Assembly: GCA_964016885.1 (NCBI GenBank)
Contig: OZ024742.1
Coordinates: 93,496,001-93,560,000, forward strand
Source of the DNA: Eledone cirrhosa
Lineage: Eukaryota
Length of the DNA stretch: 64,000 nucleotides
Reading direction: 5' to 3'
Below are positions 15,534-29,810 of the stretch, one piece after another (position 1 is the first letter of the stretch; every line of letters starts with the position of its first letter). Position numbers and translations under genes: made by a program. Under the pieces are notes generated by a model, which worked only from the letters and a program-made list of their open reading frames with translations, had not been told where the DNA came from and made no database searches.

Positions 15534-16889
15534 TACACAAATTGTTTTATTAATATTGACGTATCCAGAAACAAGAACTTATCGTTTTAAGTTCATTTTG
15601 GATAGTGAAAGAAATTTCAAATCTTAGGATGAAATATATTAATGAGCCTAAACGTACAGTTGAAAAAGATCGTTATATTTATACGCTAGGTAAATTTAAA
15701 TAATTATTAGGATAATTTTTTATTTTTTTATTTTTAAAGTAAGACTTGAGAGATGTTAATATTAATATTTGGGTGTAAGAGCATTTAAGAAATGAGTATA
15801 ATAAAACAAGTATATTATATTAAGAAATACACTATTATTATTAAAATATAATTGTATGGATCAAATCAGTGATATAATTATAATTATAATTATATATTTT
15901 GATAGTATCTATAAAATAATATGAGAATTATAAATGTGCTGAAGTAGTGGAATACCAATTTAAAAAAATTGAGAGATAGTACTAATTATTGGATCTATTC
16001 AAATCGTGAGTTATAATATTATATAGATAATATTTATAAGTATATTTTATGAAGAATTAAGGTTGTAAGTATAATTTACTTTATTATATTACAACAGGTT
16101 ATTTATATAAATATTTATATAAATAATTTTGGTGGGTACATATGTTTTTTTCCCTTAGATAGATAGATTACATACTTTTATATATGTTAAGGGTTTCGAA
16201 GAATTTCGTGTTTACATTTTCAATATATAATTATGAAAAAGGAAGTAGTTCTATTTTTATTAGAGAAGATTATTTTGTGCATTCTATAGTTCAATCAAGA
16301 TAGGAATACATTTACAAAGTTTAGTAAGTTAACGAAATTATACAGAAAATTTAATATTTATGTAAAGTTTAGTTGTTACTTAGAAGAAATATTTAAGCGT
16401 GTTACATTATAAAGGAAAAGAGAACTCCAATGTTTCTTAGTTAAAATAGTGAGGTTAAATTTGTCGTTTATACTAGAATTTACTTTAAAAGAATATTCAA
16501 TTAAGATATATGCAAAATATATGTAGAACAATTTATATATTATTTTAAATATAATTATAGGATATCCTATATTACATATTTTCAAAGATAAAAATTCTTT
16601 TATACATGTTTTTAGATAGCATTATCTACATCGCTGCAAATGTTAATGTCTATATAGTCAATTAAGAAGAAATATTAGCGAATCCAAAGTGTATTCAGAA
16701 ACATCATTAAAACTATCACCAGAAAGATATATTTCAAAATATCATTTAAAAACAATATAAAAAGAGTATCATTTGAAACATATCACTTAAAAAGAAAAAC
16801 ATCATCTATAATCACCGCAAAACATCAACAAAACATAGTGAAGACATATTAAGTGTAAACAAGTGAGATATAGATAATATTTTCTATAG

Positions 16890-18300
16890 ATTATAGATAC
16901 TTCTGAGCGTCTTTGCTTGGCGATGTCTGCAAGAACTGAATAATTCTTTCTTTTTAGTTAATATAGTTTTGGCTGGTAATTGTATGAAAAATTTCCTCAA
17001 TACATAAATGACACATTCTTGAGAGAGCCATATTTCGGTATGCGGGTGATTTAGAAATCGTTCCCCAAGAGATTGAATCGTCAATATTATTATCTTTTAA
17101 GTACCAGATTAGATGTGAAGTGAGTGATGTTGAACATTTTTTGTCCGATCTATTAAATGTATGTTTGTGATTATACCAGCAGCGTTCCTTAAATTTTGTA
17201 GAATTGGCTCTTATATAGTTATATATTTTATCTCTAGTTTTTACTATGCATTTATATACTAAGTTTTTATCTAGACAATTATTCTGTAAAGAGCAATTTA
17301 ATTCATTTCAACAGTTACATTTTCCAGAGTTGTTGTCAATAGGAACAGTTCGATTATTATTAGTATTAATACTGTTATTTGTAATATTAATATTGTTATT
17401 TTAGTTTATTTGGTTTGGATTTAAATTTAAGTTTCTATTATTAATTCTATTAATATTTTGCGCTATGTTCATAGTAGTAGAATAAGATAGTTTTATAGTA
17501 TGTCTGTTAAAAAGAGAATGGTATCTATGGGATTTAGGAAAACATCTAATGCTTTGAAAAATATGTTTGCTACAGGTGTTTTAACACCTAATGAGAATGG
17601 GGGAGAGTACCAAATAATATTTCTAGTTCTAGTTCTTTTGTTTGATTTACTATTTATGTTAAATTGCCTATTATTATTATTATAGTAAATTTTAGGATGA
17701 TTTTGCAAGTATTTAATTTTATTCATGTAGCCAGCTCTATGTAGAGCATCATTGTAATATTCTGCCTTATTTTCAAATATATTTTTAATAGCTGAAATGC
17801 GTGAAATTCGTTGTTGGACACTATTGACAATAGTATTTTTTACATTTCTAGGATGGTTAGAATTGAAGCTTACATAGTTTAGCTTTTCATTAATCTTATG
17901 GAAAGGGTAATATAGACCTGAGCTAAGGTTTAAAGTGACATCTAAGAAGTTAACAGTTTTATTATTATTCTCAATTTCTAATTGAAGGTTGTATTTATTG
18001 AAACATGTTATGATATTTTTCTTTTTACTATTAAGTTCGCTATTATTATGGTTGTCGACTATAAGTAACATATCGTCGCGATATAGACCTCCGGCCATCT
18101 CTGGCATTTTTCTATGTACTACATTAAGAATAAATATTCCAACGAGGTCTGTTACTTGAGCTGAGTCAGATGATCCCATTGTGACATCGAAATTGTTCTG
18201 TTAGTCAGCCCTTGTCCAGAGATGGTTATTAAATTAAATTAGCGTTTTGCGTGCGGTTAAAACGATATTTATTTCTTCACTAAATAAGTCCGTATATTTC
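16890..18300 (-). pseudogene. PLE reverse transcriptase and GIY-YIG endonuclease, disrupted
   Basis: MGSSDSAQVTDLVG, GLYRDDMLL, VNFLDVTLNL, SNHP, IIWYSPPFS; downstream KCNC...CSLQNNCLDKNLVYKC...MCHLCIEE. Confidence 0.88.
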
Positions 18301-19197
18301 TTCTAAACTTTACATAAATATTAAATTTTCTGTATAATTTCGTTAACTTACTAAACTTTGTAAATGTATTCCTATCTTGATTGAACTATAGAATGCACAA
18401 AATAATCTTCTCTAATACAAATAGAACTACTTCCTTTTTCTTTATATTGAACTATATATTGAAAATGTAAACACGAAATTCTTCGAAACCCTTAACATAT
18501 ATAAAAGTATCTATCTAAGGGAAAAAAACATATGTACCCACCAAAATTATTTATATAAATATTTATATAAATAACCTGTTGTAATATAATAAAGTAAATT
18601 ATACTTACAACCTTAATTCTTCATAAAATATACTTATAAATATTATCTATATAATATTATAACTCACGATTTGAATAGATCCAATAATTAGTACTATCTC
18701 TCAATTTTTTAAAATTGGTATTCCACTACTTCAGCACATTTATAATTCTCATATTATTTTATAGATACTACCAAAATATATAATTATAATTATAATTATA
18801 ATTATATCACTGATTTGATCCATACAATTATATTTTAATAATAATAGTGTATTTCTTAATATAATATACTTGTTTTATTATACTCATTCCTTAAATTTTC
18901 TTACACCCGAATATTAATATTAACATCTCTCTCTTCTTACCTTAAAAATAAAAAAATAAAAAATTATCCTAATAATTATTTAAATTTACCTAGCGTATAA
19001 ATATAACGATCTTTTTCAACTGTACGTTTAGGCTCATTAATATATTTCATCCTAAGATTTTAAATTTCTTTCATTATCCAAAATGAACTTAAAACGATAA
19101 GTTCTTGTTTCTGGATACGTCAATATTAATAAAACAATTTGTGTGTTTTATCTGATGAGGGCGTACCAAAATTTTGGTACCCTTGAAATATATATAA

Positions 19198-19341
19198 CTA
19201 GCAGAATGGCCCGGCGTTGTTCGGGATTTGCTCTAGGGTTCTTATATATTTGATATATACTTATTCTTATCGAGCCTCGTGAAATAAATATGTTTGTTTA
19301 TATTTTGTTATTGTGTATGCAAAAATATCTTTACACGAATA

Positions 19342-19412
<71 letters not shown>

Positions 19413-20065
19413 CAGTACAGAAAAGTACGGAATACCACGGCCTCGGGATGGTGTCTACATTTTGTACTTATAAAAAAGATTCGTCGTAGATTACCACGGT
19501 TTTTTTTCGTGCGAAGAAAATCAATACTTTATCGCGAAATAAATACATTTGTTTATATTTTGTTAGTGTGTGTGCAAAAATATCTGTACACCGATATATA
19601 ATTATATATATATATTAAAATAACAGATTAAAGTTTAAGCAAAGAATCGCTGCTTTCACCCTTAACAGGATCTTCTGAAACTAAAAAATCAGTCTGTGAA
19701 CGCAGTAGTAAATATTTCGTAAAACGTTACACACTATATATATATACACACACACTATATATATACACACACACACACAGCTACGTCATAATGACGTAAT
19801 GCAGACAGCTAGGCATACAGACAGATATTATAAGGGCGCAACGTTATATCTATGTATCTATCTAAAAAGAGAAAGACTAAGAGTTATAGAGAGAAGTCGC
19901 TAAATCGCCTAATGCGGTCCGTAGGGCATGGAAAATTTGAAATCTTTTTTGCTCAAAACACTCACATGACCATACATATTACATGTGTAAAGTTTGAAAA
20001 CAATCGGTTGGGTGGTTCTCGAGTTTTAGTGATCGGACAGACATTCTCTGTTTTAGATATATAGA
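19198..20065 (-). mobile_element. non-autonomous Helitron
   Basis: Minus strand starts TC and ends CTAG with a subterminal hairpin (plus strand CCCGGCGTTGTTCGGG, 19210-19225); inserted between A and T with no TSD; its removal restores the match to the other pseudo-LTR arm. Confidence 0.85.
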
Positions 20066-20272
20066 TAAAATAAATATGGTTTTATAAAGATAGTTTCCAT
20101 GTATAAATATTATTGATATTATACTCCAGAAGAATACTGTAGAGTGCTTCGAATCTGTTATAAATAAATGTGTTGAATAACCAACAAATTAAATATCTAT
20201 TTGCTTATATATATATAATATTTGAAATGCAGGAGAGAACAGCAAAGATTTATGAATACATATATATTTAAT

Positions 20273-20396
20273 GGCTGACAAGTTGTTTTAAATACTGCAA
20301 AGTAAGAATGGGCATAGATGTTGAGATATCGCATATAAAATGATATTAGTACATTAAAAATAACTAAATATGTGTGTCAGTATCATCATCAGAGCC
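20273..20396 (-). ncRNA. degenerate long-stem-II hammerhead ribozyme
   Basis: Minus strand GGCT-CTGATGA-T-GATACTG...CAGTATT-T-AAAA (G12 mutated)-CAACTTG-TC-AGCC. Confidence 0.55.
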
Positions 20397-23262
20397 TAAA
20401 AAAATTCTTTATAACATTTTAACTCATAAATCAGAACTTATCACCGAAGTGAAAAACCTACTTTAAATGTGGAATGTTGATGTTAAAAGGTTGGAAATGA
20501 AAAAGCGTTATAGCAGCCATTTTGTGTCGGTTTGAAATTGAAGAGGTACATAACATCGCATGGTTCGCTAGTCTAGGAATCTATATGCATTGAGCACACT
20601 AACCTTCTATCTACTGGCTAGTAATCTGCATAACTAATCACTGTTTTCTCTTCCTGATTAGCTTACTTGCTTTTACTCTGTATATATATATATATCTGAG
20701 TCCAGTCTTTTTCATGGCTATGGCAATGCGGCTGGACTGCCGATTGCTATATTTGATTTGCAAAGCTGTCTAAACGTATTGTTTTAACTCTGGGGTATTA
20801 TTCTCCATCGAGTGCTAAAACTACATTCCGAATCTGCATTCACTAGCTTAGCCGCAGCCTAAAGCTTTGTTAATGCTGTACTAAAATTTGTATATATATA
20901 TATATATTATGCATATTCCCATTTTTTTAATAGATACACTGTATTTCTGTATGTTGTATGAGGTAACTAAAAAGCTTCGTGCAAACCAGGTAGGTATAAA
21001 AATAATGATGATGTTGATATAAAATTGTACCTATCCAAACCTTGCTAGCAGGGAAAACAGATATTAATTGATGATGTTGATGATGATATGTATATATACA
21101 TATATATTGTATATGTATATATATTCATATATGCCTCTCTGTATGTTTATATATATTTGTCTATCTATATCTATTAATAACTATGTACCTATCAGTTTCC
21201 TTATACATAGATTTTTTCATACATATGTGTTTATGTACATACACATGCATACATATATGTGTGAATGCATGGATAAACAAGTTTAGATAAACACACTATA
21301 TATTTACTGCTTGTACTGTCTCTGAACTGAGTGGAATACTTAATTCTGTATAACTCTGTTCACATTACTATTGCTAAATACCAGCTTACCTGGAAATGTT
21401 ATGAGGTACTTTACTATTAATTTACTTAATACTACAGAATCTTTTGGAGCAAAACACTGGTCTCATAATCTCTTGGGTTCTATAAGGAAACACATTTTTT
21501 GAGTGTGTATAGATATGTTTGCTTAGATATTTGCACACATAAAGACATATATATATATATATATATATACATATATGTTCGCACACATACACATACATAC
21601 ATGCGCAAACACACACACAGAAAGACATATACACACAGAGACAGACGCATAAACACACACAGACAGGCACATACACTCAAAGGCAGACACATACACATAC
21701 ACACATAATATATATATCAAATTTAAGCTTAGTATACAATATTTTTCTGAAAAATGTAATCTATATGTTTGGTAATTCAGTATAATATTTATTACATAGT
21801 TTCATACACTCATATAATCATTTTATCATACACGCATAGAGACATATATAGAAACATATATACACACATGTGCCAGTATACACATACATGTATAGATACA
21901 TGCTCCTATATACATATTTATCTATACACACAGCAATGCAGTTTAAAAGATGGCAGTTTTAAGACACCAAAATTTATTTGGTTGTATACAGACATTACAT
22001 GGGAAGATCATAGGTTAATGTTGTAAATTTCGTGCAACCCAAACAATGGGTTGGTTTAATAGACTAGAGATTCACTCCACCAGGATGGAATTTGATTTCA
22101 TTTAACCTTCACATAATGGTAAAAATATCCATGCTACATCGGTTTGTTTCTGGATTACTCAATGCTATGTTGAACAGGAATGGCAGTAAATAGAGCCAAA
22201 AATGATTTATTGTGTAAATATTTATTCAGTTGTTTGATAACATGTTGCATACGTAAAGGCAAATCAGAATTGGTAAACAGTAATAAAAATTCCTATCAGA
22301 AGGGTAAGACTGATAACTACTTCCAGTAAATGCAGCATATGAATATGAAAATAATTTTTTAGGAGAAGGAAAACTGTTGGAATCCTCAAGCAGGATTGCT
22401 CAACTGCATAATCTATTGTTCAAATGTAGCTATGGTCGATCATTTTATTAGGCAGTGGACAGGCTTTATCAGAGGAGTGTCGGACATGCTGTGTGGCATA
22501 TAGTTATATCCGTTTGCATTCTGAGTTCAGGTCTCACCAAGGTTAGCTTTACCTTTCATCTTTACATGGTTGATAAAATAAAGTAGCAGTGATGCAATGA
22601 GGTTAATTTAATTGACTTTCCACTCCCCCCAAATTGTTGGTCTTGTGCCTAAATCAGAAACCAGACTATTGTGATATTTTGCAAAATCACATGAAACTGC
22701 TGTAGTTTTACAATATAAAACTGTTTGTTTTAAAGTGTTTATCATAATCATCATTATTACCATTTGATGTCTATATTCCATGCTTGTAGGAGTTATATGG
22801 ATCATCGTATGCTGTGTAAGACTACTCAGATGACCATATCTGGCTTGATGCTTCATTTTTGGTTAGGTTTATATGGCTGATTGCCCTTTGTAATGCCAGC
22901 CATTTTACTGCATGTATTGGGAACATTTTATCTTCACTCCAGCACTACTAGCTTACAGAGTGGACTGAGTGTTTTTTTCAGGGCACCAGCACATCTAAAA
23001 ATTTTAGGTAAGTACCCTTCTAAGGTTATTTTCCCCCAAAAAAACAGCTTATTCCTTTTGATACAAAGTTGCTTAAAATAGCCCCTGATACTATGGCACA
23101 AAAGTGTCTGTTTTAAAGTGTTTATATTTATCTAAAAACCTCCCATAATAATTTTAGATAAGAATATTTCTTAAGTTATCTTCCAAACTACAGCTTAACC
23201 TTTTTGTTACCAAACCACATGAACTGCATCTTGTTCTACGATATAAACTCTTTGTCTTTAAT

Positions 23263-24230
23263 TTCTTCTTCTTCTTCTTCTTCTTCTTCTTCTTCTTCTT
23301 CTTCTTCTTCTTCTTCTTCTTCTTCTTCTTCTCCTCCTCCTCCTCCCCTCCTCCTCCTCCTCCTCCTCCTCCTTCGCCCACTTATTCATGCACAGGTCGT
23401 GGGGGCAGGGTCCTCAAACACTCCTTCCAGCGGGTCCTGTCAGAACAAATCTGGCTCAGGGTCTATCCTGAGTCTCCTATTGGTTGGTTTTGCCCATAAG
23501 ATCTGTCCTGCAGTTCTTTCCTGAGACATTCTAACCACATGTCCATAGTATCGGAGCTGTGATCTCTCAATTTAGAGAGAAGCGGCACTATCTGGAGTGA
23601 CTCACTGATCTCTGACCTTTGCACTATATCAAGTAATGTTACTCCAAAGACCCTTTGGAGGAACCTCATTTCAGTCACTTGTATTTGAGATTGTATTCTT
23701 TTGGTCAATACCCATGATTTATGACCATAGGTGAGGGTTGGCACAAATACTGAACTGAAAATAGCAAGTTTTGCTTTTATGCCTAACTCCCTTTTTCTGA
23801 ATAATGAATGCTGAAGCTGGCGAACCAGCTCCTGCAATTCTTGCCCTTAAGTCAGCCTCCTGCCTTCCATCACTCATGGACATGACCCTGAGATACTTGA
23901 ACTTCTCCACCTGCTTCAGTGGAACCCCATTCACATGTAGAGTGCACTGCGCAGTCTTCCTTGAGAGGACAAGTGATTTAGTTTGCACATCACTGATTTT
24001 CACACCAGCCATGCAGCACCCAGCATTAAACGTATCTCGTGCAAGTTGGAGATCACCTTCAGTCGAGTTAAGTAACATTATGTCATCTGCAAATTACAGA
24101 TGACTGATTTTACACCCACCAGTCATGATACCACTTCCAACCCGGCTGCACATGTCAAACCTGTTCATGTAAATAATGAATAGGGGAGGGCACAGGCTAC
24201 ACCCTTGGTGGAGTCTGACTCCCACTTCGA
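23263..24230 (-). mobile_element. 5'-truncated RTE-clade LINE with a (GAA)n/(GAG)n tail
   Basis: LKQVEKFKYL, AKLAIFSSVFVPTLTYG, TEMRFLQRVFGVTLLD; RT core remnant (LHQGCSL..., FADDI) at 24080-24215. Confidence 0.85.
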
Positions 24231-24580
24231 ATGGTTACAATTTACCATCATTTATTGTTTATATTCAACGTAAAATATTCCTTAATAATTATACTTAAGC
24301 TTAAACTGTGCTCCAAACACCAGATAACTACTGAACAAGTTACATTACTAAATCCTTCGAAATTATTTCATTATATATATGGTATTAACAGGGTTAAAGA
24401 CCTCCTTCCACTATATGTAACCTTTGGAGACTCTGTAATCAAATAATAAACACTTCATGCTCAGTTGACATATATTATATATGTATATATATTTCCTTTG
24501 TATATTTGTATAGGTAACACCTTCCTGGTGTCAATACACACACACACACATATATATATACGCATATGAACACATGCATA

Positions 24581-24611
<31 letters not shown>

Positions 24612-25116
24612 GTGTGTGCATATATATTGATGTGTATTTCATGTACATATGTGTGTTTGTGTATGAATGTATACATACGTGCATATAAATATATACAGGG
24701 GCACACACACACACATATATATATTTATATCTAATGAGAGAGAGAGAGAGGGGGGTATGTGTGTGTGTAAGTGTGTATAAAATGTTATTTCATTTTTATA
24801 TTTTACCTATATTTCTCTCATCCTCCTCAGCCATACATTCATTCTAATTTAATTCTATTCATGTATATTTTGAAAAATCAGGTTTTTACTTTCTTCATAA
24901 CAAAATATTCAGAGGATGAAAAAAAGGAAACAAAAATTATGCTGAAAATTTTATTTTAGATGAAATTGTAAGAACAATTTTTTTTTGGTGCATATGAGAT
25001 TCCATATATATTTTTTTAAATTCTTGCTTTCACCTTGTTTGATGGTTGTCACTGTTCATATTATTTCTTTACAAGTATTATTTATGTTCTATATAAATAT
25101 ATGTGTCTGTGTGTAG

Positions 25117-25185
<69 letters not shown>

Positions 25186-26089
25186 TACATATATATATAT
25201 AATGTATGTCATCATCATCATAATCATCATCACCCTTTTTACATCTGCTATTCATTGCATGTATGGGTTAGTTAAGTTCTTCCCAGTACAGCCTCTCTCC
25301 ACATGTTACATTCCATTGTCATCTCCTTGCAAGGTTCAGTACCTTGTTGATATCTTTACTTTCCCCAGTCTAAAACTTCATTGGTCTTCTTTTCCACATC
25401 TTTCTTCTAGTTGGAATTCCTGACACTTCTTTATCCAACAATTGCTGTATATATGCAATACATGTCTGTACCATTGCATGACAGTTTATTTTGCCTCTGT
25501 ACTGAATAATTAGACCACCCTGAAAATAGATCAATATTCTTATCCAATAACTGAGTTAATTGTGACAGGATTGTGGTTTAAAATATCTACAATAAGAATT
25601 ATGTATGTTTATTATATATAAACCTATTTTATATTATTTCATAATCACCTCAATTCTAAATCAAACCTTGTTAGTGCTACTGGAAATTAATACTAACCTG
25701 CTAAGCTCACACTTTATGCAATTGAACTCTCCCTAACTGTATTGTTTGCAAAACTTTATAAAAGTTGCCAATAAATTTTGTGTCAGTTTTGAGTGAGTAA
25801 ATGACAAGGGAGGTGGAAAGAAATCCTCAAGTATTAATATTTGGCGTCCATACACACTTACTGAAGCAACTGTGTCATGATTGCAACTTACAATATCCGT
25901 TGCAAAACATATGTATCTTTCTTAGTGGTAAGAAGCTCTCAGGAAAGAGCTGGACAGCAGAAGATCTTCAGAGAAGAAACCACCTTTCAAGTAAGTGTTT
26001 CATCCCTTATTATACATTAACATACTGTGTGCAAGTTGGAGATTGACTTCGGCAGAGCTGTTTTGCTAGAAGATGGGTCACAGGTGGTA

Positions 26090-26265
26090 GATAGTTACAA
26101 CAGTGGCATATGGAAATACATAAGTTTCATTTGATTTAACACCAACTCACTAAGTCTGTCATATTGTGATGTAGTTTAAAATATTGCAGACTAAATGAGT
26201 TGGTGTAATACCAAATGAAACTTAAGTATCTGCATATGCCACTGTTGTACCACTGTTGTAACAGA
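26090..26265. mobile_element. small fold-back with an HHR-like motif (extra core nucleotide)
   Basis: GCAGA-CTAAATGA-GTTGGtgtaataCCAAAT-GAAA-CTTAAG-TA-TCTGC (26186-26233); inverted copy at 26095-26160. Confidence 0.6.
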
Positions 26266-26529
26266 TTATATATATATGTATTCCATTTAAAACTGATTAG
26301 ACAATTACTCAACAGAGTACTTGATACTTGAGTATGGCTATATTATAAAGATTCGGGACCCGACTGCTGAGCTCTACCCACTTCAACAGCTCATTCCATT
26401 TAAGTAATAGTCTAACTAGTTTCAAACTGAATCATTCTTGCTTTATATAGCTCATAGCTCCTACTACTTAAGTGGAGCACACTTCAACAACATCTCTATT
26501 TTGGCTTATATATATATATATTTATATAT

Positions 26530-26785
26530 AATTCAAGAAATAAGAGTAACATGGTTGTCTGTACAATAAGGGCTTTATTCACAGTGCTGACAATTGTTTC
26601 TTTGATCTGGTAGGTCTAAAGTTCGCTAATCGCTAGATGTTGCGTCAATCGATTTCCAATACTTTGTTTATAACCAGTTAATTCATCAGAGCAAGCGTTA
26701 ATACGTTAATACCATCCACAACACAGAGTACTCTAACTGGACTACCTCTAAGTGGATTGCCTATAACGATAACTTGTTATCCCGT
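26530..26785. mobile_element. PLE-end element (family E, related to 39480-39924) with an intact long-stem-II HHR on the minus strand at 26585-26693
   Basis: Minus strand TGCT-CTGATGA-(about 85 nt)-GAAA-CAATTG-TC-AGCA; tail GAGTACTCTAACTGGACTAC shared with 39865. Confidence 0.7.
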
Positions 26786-27040
26786 ATATATATATATATA
26801 TATCCCACTGTTTAGAAAAGATACACTTCATACCTCAGTGTTGTTAGAGGAAACAAAAAGGAAAAGCATGTGGTGGTAAAATATGTTTCAAGACATCTCG
26901 ACCAACCCCAATCCATGCTTCCATGGAAAATTGGACTTTAAGATGATGATAAATATATACACACAAATAAACATGCATGCACACTGACGATCACATTCCT
27001 ATATGGCAAAACAAGGGTTTAGTTCTGCTTCATATATATA

Positions 27041-27086
<46 letters not shown>

Positions 27087-27089
<3 letters not shown>

Positions 27090-27335
27090 AAAAAGAGATG
27101 AAATCGAAAATGCAACTGAAGTCTTATTTATTTTTTTTTTCTGCTTTTGAAAAGCAGAAGAACTGCGAAACCGGTAAAGGAACCAAATAAATATATATAT
27201 TTAAAAAAGAAAAAAAAAAAAAAAAAAAATAAGACTTCAGTTGCATTTTCGATTTCATCTCTTTTTATTTATACTTCCACTCGTGTAGGACACCTCGGTT
27301 ATTTTTCATTTTGTAAAAAAAACCTCACTTTCTAA
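27087..27335 (+). mobile_element. fold-back element with a U3-A8 HHR (family F; second copy at 59161-59390)
   Basis: IR 27090-27130 / 27225-27266; CTT-TTGAAAA(27147)-GCAGaagaaCTGC-GAAA-CCGG-TA-AAG. Confidence 0.7.
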
Positions 27336-28029
27336 TATATATATATATATATATATAGTAATGTTCTAACTGGTTTTTACTGATTCCATTTTGACTGATA
27401 TATATATATATATGTGTGTGTGAGTGTGTGTGTGTGTGTACAGTATATATAGATGCAATTCCTTCAAACACTCAACATCATGTTACTTCTTCAAAATAAG
27501 AACGAGGAAGTATAATTAGAATGAGGAAAATGCAAAGTTTTAGATGGTAAAGAGTCCTTTATTAATAAACCTGGGATACATATTTTAATGATGAACATGG
27601 TTATATCTACAACTTTGCATTTTTATCATTCTATATATTTTTTCGAGCGCGCGCACGTGTGTGTGTGTGTGTGTGAATAGTAAAATTAAAAACTTTGTTT
27701 TGCCAACTAAAAATGGCAGCAGTGACTATTTCAGTGTAGAATAATATAAATATAAGTAAATGATGAGGATGAAAAATCTGAAGAAAAGGTGAAACGAAAA
27801 CATATGGGGTGAGAAAAATCGAGAAATATTAACATGAAATATATATAAAAAGGAATGAAACCATGCAAGAGAAAAGAAAGTAAATATGATGTAACAGTGA
27901 AAGAATATTTCGAAAGAAAAATTATGTTTGAAACCTTAAAAAAATTTTCATTTGAAGGAAAAATTGATCAGTGTTTTTCTAAAGGAAATGAATAATAGAT
28001 AGTAGATATAGATAGATAAATAGATAGAA

Positions 28030-29810
28030 AGGTAGATAGATTGATAGATATGTTTGTTTATTAGCCACAGGGGCACAAAAGAAGGGGACAATTACAAAGG
28101 GGGGAGTTTACATACAATAAAAACGTGTAAAATATTATCACAATTGTAAATTAAAAGTTAATCGATTTTCCCCAATAGAGGGAGACAGTTCATATGGGTA
28201 GCAAATACCCCCCGAAAAAAATGTGCGACCCTCATCTCCAGGATTACGAAGAGTTTGTACCCCTTTCCTCTCTTCCTCTTTTTCCTCAACCTACAGGCTG
28301 ATATAGAGAGAAGGCCCATTCACTCGGGCCATTGTCGCCACTTTCACGCACCTTTCATAAAACTCTCTCTCCATCCTGATTCTTCTTCCAAAGTGGTATT
28401 TGAAAAAAAGAATCAGATAGATAGATAGATAAATTTCTTTATTAGCCACAAGGGCACAACAGAAGGGGAAAAATATAAATGGGGAGTTTATATACAGGTA
28501 TATGCAAATAAAACTATTAATACAATAACAAATAACAATTGAAATCCCCAATAGGGGGCAGGCGTTACACAGGGGTTGTACACACCCCGAAAAAATGTAC
28601 AACCCTCATCTCCAGGAGCACCAAGAGTGAGTACTCCCTTCCCCTCTTCCTCTTTTTCCTCAACCTATAGAGAGAAGGCCCAACCACTCGGGCCATCTTT
28701 GCCACATTCACCCACCTTTTATAAAATTTGCTGGGGTACAGCACCTCTCTCTCCATCCTGATTCTCTCTTCCAAAATGATATTTGAAAAAACGAATCAGT
28801 TGTTCGCCGGAGAGAAAGGTGTCTGACCTCAACTCTTTTAACCTTGTCCACCATATAACCTCTTTCACCATAGCCATAACACATAGGAAAACCGCCTCTC
28901 CCTCGTTTTTTAAGGAGGGTGGCGGTTTGATCATGACAATGAACTCGGTGGTCAACTGGATTGGTCCCACCCGCGACAATAGTCGTTCTACATAGCCCCA
29001 CAGGTCGGTAACGCCCGGGCAGTGTACAAATGCGTGTGCAACGGTTTCTCGTCGCGCACGCATCTCGGACAGATCTTTTTCGAAGGGTCTCCACCCGGAC
29101 GTCCGTGTCTGTAGAGCTTGTCTCGAACTGGTAGAGCTCCTCGGTAGCAGTGCCAGGCCAGGGACTTTTGGAAGTTGTCCATTGGTCCCGGGCGGAAGGT
29201 CCTACCGAACAGACTGGCCAGTTCGTCCTCCTCTACGCCTAGGGTTTCTCCGAGCGTGTCGTCGCACTTGCTGCGGACCAACCCTTTATAGAATGTCGAA
29301 GTGGAGTCTCTACTGATCGCTGGGTCCGTTTGCCAGAGGACTATGAGCGCCTGAGCACATTCGTGTGCAAGTCGCCCATTTACCTCGGTCTTTGCTTGAC
29401 CCAGGACTGCAGCTCGGTCAGCGAGACAAGTCGTGGGCCCACACCGGTTGTCTGCTGAGGAATACGTGGAGGTGCCGGAGCCCGAGCACGTGTTTGTGCA
29501 TCGTCAGTCACGGCATCCCCAGGCCTCCGTTTGAAGGGTGTTGGCAGCAGATGGATCTTCTCACCAAAGGAGCCCGTTTCTTCCAAAGGAATTGGAAGAG
29601 CGCGCGCTCCATTTTGGTGAGCGTGATAGATAGATAGATAGATAGATAGATAGAAAGACATATAAATAGATACATAGGCAGATAGATAGTTAGATAAACA
29701 AATACATGGATAGATATATACTTTATTAGCCACAGAGACACAAACGAAGGGGACAATTACAAAGGGGGGGAGTTTACATACAATAAAAACGTGTAAAATA
29801 TACATAAATT
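28030..29810 (-). mobile_element. three stacked 3' fragments of a Tx1/L1-like LINE in a (GATA)n tract
   Basis: Homologous to 319-1863 (ALFQFLWK, NGGLGMP, DNFQKSLAWHCYRGALPVRDKL); three GGCTAATAAA 3' ends near 28060, 28440 and 29725, each followed by (TCTA)n. Confidence 0.85.
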
